DNA from: an uncultured virus (IMG/VR IMGVR_UViG_3300020430_001078)
Taxonomy: Duplodnaviria; Heunggongvirae; Uroviricota; Caudoviricetes
Length of the DNA stretch: 64,000 nt
IMG/VR virus record: IMGVR_UViG_3300020430_001078
Reading direction: 5' to 3' (one strand)
Positions within the stretch are counted from its first letter, which is position 1. Each line of letters opens with the position of its first letter. The position numbers and the translations under genes were made by a program. The notes under the pieces are model-generated. The model ran no database searches. It saw only the letters and a program-made list of their open reading frames with translations, and had not been told where the DNA came from. Positions 29,035 through 36,723 of the stretch are shown piece after piece.

Positions 29035-29975
29035 TGTTTTTAAGAGAAATATTCGAAGCACCTAAAGTTGCCACATTCGCTTTTGGCAGAATGAATCCTC
29101 CGACTATTGGACACGCAAAACTTGTTGATAAAATAAAATCACAAGACGGTGAACCTTTTCTCTTTTTAACACATACACAAAAACCTAAAACAGATCCTTT
29201 ATCATTTGCAGAAAAAGTATTCTTTGCAGAAAAAAGTTTTAGTGGAATAAAGATAGGGGATCAATCAGTAAAAACAATTATAGATGCTATGAAATTTTTA
29301 GAAGCAAAAGGATATTCAGACATCATATACGTTGCAGGATCTGATAGGGTTGCTCAGTTTGAAAAACTATTAAATGATTACAACGGCAAGGATTATAATT
29401 TTAATTCTATCAATGTTGTGAATGCAGGACAACGTGATCCAGATGCCGAAGGTGCAGAAGGTATGAGTGCAAGTAAACTTAAAGCCGCGGCCGCAGAAGG
29501 TGACTTTGAAACTTTTAAAACAGGTGTTGCTGGTGATGAAAAATTAGCTAAAATGATGTTTGACAAAGTACGTGTTGGTATGGGAGTTGCAGAAGCAATA
29601 GCAGAACTTCAAGTTAAACAACAGAAACCAAAGATAGATGTGTTAAACAATATTGCATCTAGAAAAGATGGCAAACCTTTTCCGTTAAGTTGGAACGCAG
29701 ATGACAATGAAATAAGTGTAGGAGGAAAACTATATGTTGATCCTGCTACTGCAAATAAATTTTTACGTTTTTACGACTCACGTTCATCAGATGAACAAGA
29801 ATTAATGCAGAAGGCTTTAAGAAGTGCAAAGACTACTGCAAATTTATTTAAAAATTTAGGCTTTCCTTTTAAACTAGGCGAAGGTTGGTCAGCAAAATAT
29901 AAAAAAAGTATTAACTGTTCTAATCCAAAAGGATTTTCACAAAAGGCTCATTGTGCAGGAAAGAAAAAGAAATGA
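29034..29975 (+). CDS. Cytidylyltransferase-like (HIGH-family nucleotidyltransferase) with C-terminal basic peptide
   Basis: FAFGRMNPPTIGH, VAGSDR, MSASK. Confidence 0.8.
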   Translation: MFLREIFEAPKVATFAFGRMNPPTIGHAKLVDKIKSQDGEPFLFLTHTQKPKTDPLSFAEKVFFAEKSFSGIKIGDQSVKTIIDAMKFLEAKGYSDIIYVAGSDRVAQFEKLLNDYNGKDYNFNSINVVNAGQRDPDAEGAEGMSASKLKAAAAEGDFETFKTGVAGDEKLAKMMFDKVRVGMGVAEAIAELQVKQQKPKIDVLNNIASRKDGKPFPLSWNADDNEISVGGKLYVDPATANKFLRFYDSRSSDEQELMQKALRSAKTTANLFKNLGFPFKLGEGWSAKYKKSINCSNPKGFSQKAHCAGKKKK

Positions 29976-30169
29976 GAGCATATGAGTTTTCAGAAAATTT
30001 TGCAGATGGAAAAAAGAAAGGCAAAAGCAGACCTGGTCGTGTTAAACGTTCAGGAGCAAGTTGCAAAGGATCAGTAACAAGTTTAAGAGCAAAGGCTAAG
30101 AAAGCATCAGGCGAACGTGCAAAAATGTATCACTGGTGTGCTAACATGAAGTCAGGGAGGAAAAAGTGA
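29972..30169 (+). CDS. Small basic two-Cys protein
   Basis: MRAYEFSENFADGK...C...HWCANMKSG. Confidence 0.7.
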   Translation: MRAYEFSENFADGKKKGKSRPGRVKRSGASCKGSVTSLRAKAKKASGERAKMYHWCANMKSGRKK

Positions 30170-30265
30170 AGTTTGATGAGATGTCTTTAGATGATAAAAT
30201 TGACAACTTGAAAATGCGAATAAGAGGTTTTAAGCACAAACACAAAGAAACACTATATAAAGAAG

Positions 30266-30484
30266 ATGGACGAAATAAAGAAACTACAGAAACTAGCAGG
30301 GATAGGGCAATTCGAAGGTTATACGGAATACAAAATTGACGAAAACCCTAGCATTACTGCAACTGCTCTAAAAGCCAAAGAAAAGAAACTTGGTATTAAA
30401 CCAGGTGACCAAGAATGGTTTAAACTTTGGTTTGGAAAACCTTTCTGGATGGGAACTCCAAAGTTTCGAGGACGTAAAAAATGA
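30266..30484 (+). CDS. Hypothetical protein
   Basis: LQKLAGI, IKPGDQEWFKLWF. Confidence 0.65.
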   Translation: MDEIKKLQKLAGIGQFEGYTEYKIDENPSITATALKAKEKKLGIKPGDQEWFKLWFGKPFWMGTPKFRGRKK

Positions 30485-32058
30485 GACTAAGACATATCAC
30501 AGAAGGAGTTGGATTAGTAGTTAAAGGTGTTAACACAACACCTGACGTCGGCGTTGATGCTATTACAAAACAAGCGGCCAAGTTTGGATTTAAGGTTGAC
30601 AAAAAAGGAAAACCCGCTTATACTATGCACAAAAAGGCTCACAAAAATAGTGATCCAAATACTTTGTTTAATTTAGGAATGGCAGAGTCAAAAAAAGATG
30701 AATGGATAATTATGCCACAAAGCATTAAACCAATGGGGTTAATACACAAACCAGGTAAAGGTCCTAACAACAGATTTGATTACAAAAACAAAGGCAACAA
30801 CAAAGCCAACGAAGCAGACGCAACTCAAATATCAAGTGCAAGTGAAATTTATGTTGATATGGACGGAGTACTTGTAGACTTTTTTGATGCGTGGACAAAA
30901 TTACTTGGAGTAAAAAGTTGGAAAGAAATTAAAGACGTTGATGCCGCTTTACAAAAAATTAGAGATACAAAAGACTTTTGGATTGATTTAAAACCTACTC
31001 CAAACGCAAGTAACTTGCTATCAATCATTAAAGAATTAAAAGGTGAATATAATATTCTATCTGCTCCTATGTCAGATGATGAAAGAGTAGAACCTAGCAA
31101 ACGTGAATGGGTCAAGAAAAATCTTACATCATTTGCTCCTAAAGAAGTTATCATTACTGCACAAAAAAGTAAATTTGCAACACAACCTGATGGAACACCT
31201 AACATATTGATAGATGACTTTGGACAAAATGTAGCAAAATGGGAAGCCGCAGGTGGCGTAGGATTCAAACACAAGGATCACAAGTTTGAAAGGACTGCAA
31301 ACAACTTGAAAAAATATTTTGAAAAACCAGCAACCGAAAGAGAACTTACAAAGGGTGAAGAAAAAGACAAAGAACGTTTTGTAAAGGGCATGAAGAAAAA
31401 CAAAGCAGATTTTGAAAAACGTTATGGTAAAGATGCAAAAGCTGTCATGTATGCAACTGCAACAAAGATGGCAAAGAATGAAGATGACGTTGATGAGGGT
31501 GACTTGATTCCTTTTCCAAAAGGTACAATAGTAAGTAAAGCAGACACAGCCTATGACTTTTTAAAGTTGGGTGTGAACATGGCAAATATCAAAGACGTAA
31601 ATCCAGATGATATGAATCCTGATGAACCTGATGTTCTTGTTAATTTCTTTGGTGGTGAAAAAGAAAAAGAATACATGATGGGACAACTTAAACGTTTGGG
31701 TTACAAAGTGCAAGACAACGACGGATACACAGACGCACACTATGATGAAAAACCTACAAAAGGTAAAGCACCGCCACAAGTTAAATCAGAAGATGTTGAA
31801 GACTTTATTGCTAAAAAAGGAAATGCACCAGTTGACAGACTTATTCCTGTGCAAAAAGATAGAAAGTTTAAAAAACTTGGAAAAGCAATGGTAAGAGTTT
31901 TGACAGACAAGATGCCTGATATTATTGTAGACAATCAAGGACACATAATCAACGGACATCACAGATACGATGCACTACGTTTATTAGGCGTTCCTACTGC
32001 AAAAGTATCCATGATAGGTGGAAACTTAAAAGAGATCATGGATTTAATGAAAAGGTAA
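30481..32058 (+). CDS. Multidomain protein: HAD 5'(3')-deoxyribonucleotidase-like domain plus C-terminal ParB/Srx-like domain
   Basis: IYVDMDGVLVDF, ILSAP, K..W, ILIDD; IIVD...IINGHHRYDA. Confidence 0.75.
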   Translation: MRLRHITEGVGLVVKGVNTTPDVGVDAITKQAAKFGFKVDKKGKPAYTMHKKAHKNSDPNTLFNLGMAESKKDEWIIMPQSIKPMGLIHKPGKGPNNRFDYKNKGNNKANEADATQISSASEIYVDMDGVLVDFFDAWTKLLGVKSWKEIKDVDAALQKIRDTKDFWIDLKPTPNASNLLSIIKELKGEYNILSAPMSDDERVEPSKREWVKKNLTSFAPKEVIITAQKSKFATQPDGTPNILIDDFGQNVAKWEAAGGVGFKHKDHKFERTANNLKKYFEKPATERELTKGEEKDKERFVKGMKKNKADFEKRYGKDAKAVMYATATKMAKNEDDVDEGDLIPFPKGTIVSKADTAYDFLKLGVNMANIKDVNPDDMNPDEPDVLVNFFGGEKEKEYMMGQLKRLGYKVQDNDGYTDAHYDEKPTKGKAPPQVKSEDVEDFIAKKGNAPVDRLIPVQKDRKFKKLGKAMVRVLTDKMPDIIVDNQGHIINGHHRYDALRLLGVPTAKVSMIGGNLKEIMDLMKR

Positions 32059-32066
32059 ATACTACT

Positions 32067-33503
32067 ATGCGTATAAGAGAAGTAAAAAAGACACCAAGTA
32101 AGCCAAGAGATCCTAATGCAAAGGCTATGCAGGACCTACGTAAAAGTGGAGCCGCAGGAAGCCATGGTGACAAAACAAAAGAAATTCCACGCAAAGCAAA
32201 ACACAAAAACAAAGATTTACAAGTAGAAGACGCACATAGCGAGAATAAACCAAAGAAAAAGATTGATGCAGACATGAAATTACCTAATGGTAAGAAGATG
32301 GTGTTTCAAGCAGATGACGACAAGTACACTAGAGGACTTGTAATTACAAGTAATGCAGATGGTAGCTATGATTCTTATTACTGGGCAGGAAGTCCTGACA
32401 AACCAATGCCAATTGAAATCAAAATAGATGGCAAATCAGTAGACAAAGAAGCAAAGAAAATACACTGGGCATATCACCCTAAAATGAAAGAAACTGCTAC
32501 ACCAGGCTCAACAAGTGCTGGTAACATAGCAACTGTGGCAAATCCACACATAGCAAACAGTAAAGCAAAGCCTAAGAAGCAAAAACCAACGGATAATGCA
32601 CTAGATAACAAAAGTCACGGACTATTTGGTCAACCCTTAAAAAGGCTAAATAATAGTAAGGAAGTTACAATGGACAAAAGCAAAGAATTAAACGAAGATT
32701 TAGCAGATTTGGCCAGCAAGGCAGAGCAAGACCATGAAGTGCAAATGGCAAGAGCTCAACTGTATAAAATAGCAAAATACTCAATCAAACTTCATGATAT
32801 GCTTAAAGGCGTATCAGAACAAGAAGGATTAGAAGGTTGGGTACAATCTAAAATTACAAAAGCCGCTGATTACATGGGTGCTGTCTATCATAACATGGAT
32901 TATGAAATGAAGTTTGATGAAGTTACTGAAGGCAAGGGCAAAGCAACTTGTGGATGTAAAGACGATTGCGGACATTGTGGCGGTGACCACACAATGGCAG
33001 AAGTAGGTAAAGAGTGTAGTTGTTGTGGAAACAAAATCAAAGAAATTAAAAACGAAGCACCAGTAGATAAGAAAAAAGAAAAGAAAGCAAAAGATTACAA
33101 AGAATCTTTAGCAAACAGATTAGCAGAAAATTTAAACCTAAAAAAAAAGACTGACCAAGACACAGACGAATCTGGAATAATGTACAGAGCCGGCGTAAAA
33201 AAGTACGGCAAAGACGGAATGAAAAAGATTCAAAGTGCCGCTGGTAAGGGTGCAAGTGCAGAAGAGATTGGTAAAATCAAAGACAAGCACAATAAAAAGA
33301 AAAAAGAATCATACGGCTCTTTAGAAGAATCAGTAGGTAAATCAATCACAGAAGAAGAGTTCGATACATTAGCAGAAAAGAAAGATGCCTGCTACCACAA
33401 AGTAAAATCAAGATATAAAGTTTGGCCATCAGCTTACGCCTCTGGTGCTCTAGTTCAGTGTCGTAAAAAGGGTGCGGCGAACTGGGGCAAGAGTAAAAAG
33501 TAA
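32067..33503 (+). CDS. Modular Lys-rich putative head protein
   Basis: Modules separated by xxE; DHEVQMARAQL..LEGWVQSKIT; Cys cluster; DACYHKVKSRYKVWPSAYASG. Confidence 0.7.
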   Translation: MRIREVKKTPSKPRDPNAKAMQDLRKSGAAGSHGDKTKEIPRKAKHKNKDLQVEDAHSENKPKKKIDADMKLPNGKKMVFQADDDKYTRGLVITSNADGSYDSYYWAGSPDKPMPIEIKIDGKSVDKEAKKIHWAYHPKMKETATPGSTSAGNIATVANPHIANSKAKPKKQKPTDNALDNKSHGLFGQPLKRLNNSKEVTMDKSKELNEDLADLASKAEQDHEVQMARAQLYKIAKYSIKLHDMLKGVSEQEGLEGWVQSKITKAADYMGAVYHNMDYEMKFDEVTEGKGKATCGCKDDCGHCGGDHTMAEVGKECSCCGNKIKEIKNEAPVDKKKEKKAKDYKESLANRLAENLNLKKKTDQDTDESGIMYRAGVKKYGKDGMKKIQSAAGKGASAEEIGKIKDKHNKKKKESYGSLEESVGKSITEEEFDTLAEKKDACYHKVKSRYKVWPSAYASGALVQCRKKGAANWGKSKK

Positions 33504-33898
33504 TGCGTTGGAATGAAATAGAAGAAGGTACTCGCTGTTGGAAGGGTTACGAAAAGAAGGGCATGAAAACCATGTTCGGAAAACGTGTACCCAACTGTGT
33601 AAAACGTGAACACGTAGACTATTGTGTAAATTGTGGAGATTTAGTATTTTCAGAAGAAATGGATTTACACGAAGATTTAAAAAAGTGGTTCAAACAAAAG
33701 TGGGTGCGTTTTGGTCCAGATGGCAAAGTGCGTGGATCATGCGGAGGCAAGTCAAAAGGAGAAGGCAAGCCTAAATGTTTACCAGCCGCAAAAGCATACG
33801 CAATGGGCAAGAAGAAAAGAAAAACTTCTGCCGCTAGGAAACGTAGAAAAGATCCTAACCCAGATAGACGTGGTAAAGCAAAGAACGTAAAGACATGA
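33503..33898 (+). CDS. Basic modular protein
   Basis: CWKGY...VPNCVK; EDLKKWFKQKWV...PKCLP. Confidence 0.7.
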   Translation: MRWNEIEEGTRCWKGYEKKGMKTMFGKRVPNCVKREHVDYCVNCGDLVFSEEMDLHEDLKKWFKQKWVRFGPDGKVRGSCGGKSKGEGKPKCLPAAKAYAMGKKKRKTSAARKRRKDPNPDRRGKAKNVKT

Positions 33899-34329
33899 AG
33901 ATAAAAGATTTAACAGAAGGTCCGGAGTTAGATAGACTTAAAAGCATACCAGGAAGTATTGCTGGATATTTTGCTGACCTAAATAAAACATTCAATAAGA
34001 AATCAGGATTTGCTGGAGTATCTCCTCCAGGTACAGCACAAGATAGAGGTCCAACTGGCATGGGTGCAATACGTGGCAAAGGTGGAAAAATTGTTACACC
34101 TAAGGAAAAACCAGTTAAGCAGAAGCCAGTAAAAGCAAAAAGAGAGCCAAGCATTACCAAACCAGATCAACTTGCAAAAGGCAGTGGTTATTCAGAAGGT
34201 GGCGAAGTATGGACTTGGGACGGACAAAACTGGAATTCACAGTCTGGAAAACAGATAGGTTCCGCTGAGGGTTGGAAAAAGTTTCAAAAAGCCCAAGGCA
34301 AAGGACAAGCCTTTCTAGGTAGCAAATAA
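33895..34329 (+). CDS. Hypothetical basic protein
   Basis: MKIKDLTE N-terminus. Confidence 0.65.
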   Translation: MKIKDLTEGPELDRLKSIPGSIAGYFADLNKTFNKKSGFAGVSPPGTAQDRGPTGMGAIRGKGGKIVTPKEKPVKQKPVKAKREPSITKPDQLAKGSGYSEGGEVWTWDGQNWNSQSGKQIGSAEGWKKFQKAQGKGQAFLGSK

Positions 34330-34370
34330 TAATTTAGCATAAATACTTTAAAATTACAACAAGGAGTCAT

Positions 34371-35024
34371 ATGGCTTTTTTAGTTCATAACCTACCACCT
34401 GTAGAAGTATTTGTAAAAAAAGAATACTTGTATGATCATCAAAAAGGTCATGGGGAATTGACTCCAGGCTACTGGATCAGTGTAAGATCCATTCAAGGAA
34501 AAGCATTATATTTTGAAACTTTACTTACAGACTACGGAGCTCTGTTTGACAAGCTACCTATTAGTGCATTTGTTTGGAAAGAAGATTATGACAAAGATAA
34601 TCAACTGCCATTAGATACACTTCAAATATGGGATTGTTTTGATTATGATATCACAATAATTAAAAAGCCTATGTTAGCTGATTGCGAATTCTTTGGCAAA
34701 GATAAAAAGATGCACAAAGGCAACTACATATTTTCTATAGATTCATGTCATAGAGATAATAGCACATTAGACACAAACTTTTCAGAACATGATCCAGAAC
34801 ACAAATCATTTAATGTAATTAAATTGGACAACGGACAATTTGCCGCACAACCAAATAATAGAGTCATTTTCACAGATCAAAGTTTGGTACACCCAGACAA
34901 GAAAATGCCTGACTTCAAAGTATGCACACAAAATTACACAGTAGAAAACACACCAAAATGGTCAGTAGGACACACTGACGAATGGTCATACAAAACCAAA
35001 GAAGAAGAATCCAATTCTGATTAA
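34371..35024 (+). CDS. Conserved hypothetical phage protein
   Basis: TAAATA and AAGGAG; LQIWDCF, EHKS, GQFAAQPNNR. Confidence 0.7.
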   Translation: MAFLVHNLPPVEVFVKKEYLYDHQKGHGELTPGYWISVRSIQGKALYFETLLTDYGALFDKLPISAFVWKEDYDKDNQLPLDTLQIWDCFDYDITIIKKPMLADCEFFGKDKKMHKGNYIFSIDSCHRDNSTLDTNFSEHDPEHKSFNVIKLDNGQFAAQPNNRVIFTDQSLVHPDKKMPDFKVCTQNYTVENTPKWSVGHTDEWSYKTKEEESNSD

Positions 35025-35038
35025 GATTAAATAACTGT

Positions 35039-35584
35039 ATGTTAGTACCTAACTTACAGACTTTAGAATTCAAAGAAACGGCTGACATCTTTACAATGCT
35101 TTATCCAGAAGCAGAAGATATCAAACCAATTCTTATAGAAAAAATAAAAGCACAAGGCGATCAACAATATCGTAAGACCAATGTTCAAGCAGACATGACC
35201 AAATGGACAATGTTTAAAGATGAACATTTTCAAAAGATAATTGATTTTGCCATTGATGTCACTAAAGGAGGTTTGGTTAGCATACCACAAGGAACTTTTT
35301 TTGCTACTGATTGTTGGGGTGCAATTTACAAAAAAGGTGAAAGTTGTAATCCACACGCACATCATCCTGCTGTTTGGAGTTTTGTTTATTATGTAGAAGC
35401 AGATCCAGACAATGCTCCTTTGGTATTTCCAACAAGTGGTAACGCAATATATCCAAATACAGGACTTATGATTGTATTTCCTGGTTGGGTAACTCATAGT
35501 GTACCGCCCGAAAAAAGTGATAAGGAAAGAGTAATTGTTGCAGGAAATTTAAGTATTGACAGACCACAGGCAACGAGTGTATAA
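35039..35584 (+). CDS. 2OG-Fe(II) oxygenase
   Basis: HAH, WSFVYYV, VFPGWVTHSV, RVIVAGN. Confidence 0.8.
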   Translation: MLVPNLQTLEFKETADIFTMLYPEAEDIKPILIEKIKAQGDQQYRKTNVQADMTKWTMFKDEHFQKIIDFAIDVTKGGLVSIPQGTFFATDCWGAIYKKGESCNPHAHHPAVWSFVYYVEADPDNAPLVFPTSGNAIYPNTGLMIVFPGWVTHSVPPEKSDKERVIVAGNLSIDRPQATSV

Positions 35585-35585
35585 T
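35556..35585 (+). promoter_or_regulatory. Sigma70-type promoter
   Basis: TTGACA-18-TATAAT. Confidence 0.75.
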
Positions 35586-35611
35586 ATACAATCAAATAGG
35601 AGAATCATATC

Positions 35612-35872
35612 ATGAGTGATAGAGTATACGGTCAAGACGAAAAGCAAAAACTTGAGAGACTTGTAAATGAAGGATCACAAGTTATGCAAGAAGTTGAAGA
35701 CTTACAAACAGGTTTAAGAGATACTGTAAAAGCAGTAGCAGAAGAATTGAACGTTAAACCTGCTTTAATTAATAAGGCAATCAAAATTGCACACAAAGGC
35801 GATTGGCACAAAGTTGCTGATGCATTTGACGATTTGGAAACTTTAATTGTTACAGTCGGCAAGGACAAATAG
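35612..35872 (+). CDS. Small helical DNA-binding protein (T4 DsbA/GapR-like)
   Basis: 86 aa coiled coil; V.AVAEEL..KPALINKAIK; AGGAG RBS. Confidence 0.5.
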   Translation: MSDRVYGQDEKQKLERLVNEGSQVMQEVEDLQTGLRDTVKAVAEELNVKPALINKAIKIAHKGDWHKVADAFDDLETLIVTVGKDK

Positions 35873-36144
35873 TGAAGATTGTAGAGTTTTTTCGTAAAAG
35901 TTATATAAGTCATCCACTTGCTTTTAATTTAGAAATGGTGAGTGCGATCACAGTTATAATTGGAAGTGCGATATTAACCTACACAGTTCTTGCTCCAAGG
36001 CCAGACATATTCATTCCATTTTATTGGATTGGTAGTGTAACTGGATTCTTTGGAGCATACTACAGAGGGTCAGCATGGGTAATGGTGCTGACTGCATGGT
36101 TCACAACAATGAACACCATAGCACTTTGGAGACTTTTTCTATGA
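35872..36144 (+). CDS. Membrane protein
   Basis: Three hydrophobic segments. Confidence 0.65.
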   Translation: MKIVEFFRKSYISHPLAFNLEMVSAITVIIGSAILTYTVLAPRPDIFIPFYWIGSVTGFFGAYYRGSAWVMVLTAWFTTMNTIALWRLFL

Positions 36145-36437
36145 AATATATAGTTGACATAGACGGGACAATATGTTATACTGTAAACAGTAATTATGAA
36201 GAAAGTAGACCGTATAAAGACCGCATATTGCGTTTAAACGGCCTATTTGAAGCAGGTCACGAAGTACATTACTATACTGCAAGAGGCTCTGTATCAGGCA
36301 AAGATTGGCAAGAATTTACAAAGGCACAATTAGAAAAATGGGGTGTAAAATATACTTCGGTAAGAACAGGCAAAGAACATTATGATAAATGGATTGACGA
36401 TAAGGCAATTAATGACAAGGAGTTCTTTAAAGATTGA
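36141..36437 (+). CDS. Small HAD-family phosphatase
   Basis: YIVDIDGTIC, YTARG, WIDDKA. Confidence 0.8.
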   Translation: MKYIVDIDGTICYTVNSNYEESRPYKDRILRLNGLFEAGHEVHYYTARGSVSGKDWQEFTKAQLEKWGVKYTSVRTGKEHYDKWIDDKAINDKEFFKD

Positions 36438-36654
36438 TGCAATACTTAAATGGGTAGCAACAATCACACTTATAATTGGAACTTTCATAAACGCAGGTTA
36501 TCCTGAGTTTTATCCAATAGGCCCAGCCATACTAGCATTGGGCGGAGCAATTTGGTTGATAGTTTCTTTCATGTGGAAAGAACCGGCGTTGATAATAACA
36601 AACGGGGTCTTGACAATAGTTGGGATTGCGGGTATAATATTAGCAACATCATGA
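36412..36654 (+). CDS. Membrane protein
   Basis: Three TM segments; LKWVAT...WKEPALIITN. Confidence 0.6.
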   Translation: MTRSSLKIDAILKWVATITLIIGTFINAGYPEFYPIGPAILALGGAIWLIVSFMWKEPALIITNGVLTIVGIAGIILATS

Positions 36655-36664
36655 TAAAGGTAAA

Positions 36665-36720
36665 GTCGGCCACAAGCGACATATTTGGTATTTGTCAGCC
36701 TCAAATGACATATAGGAGAG
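36665..36720 (+). promoter_or_regulatory. Twin-hairpin element abutting the polB Shine-Dalgarno
   Basis: GTCG-GCCACAAG-CGAC-ATAT and GTCA-GCCTCAAA-TGAC-ATAT, then AGGAGAG. Confidence 0.6.
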
Positions 36721-36723
36721 TAA

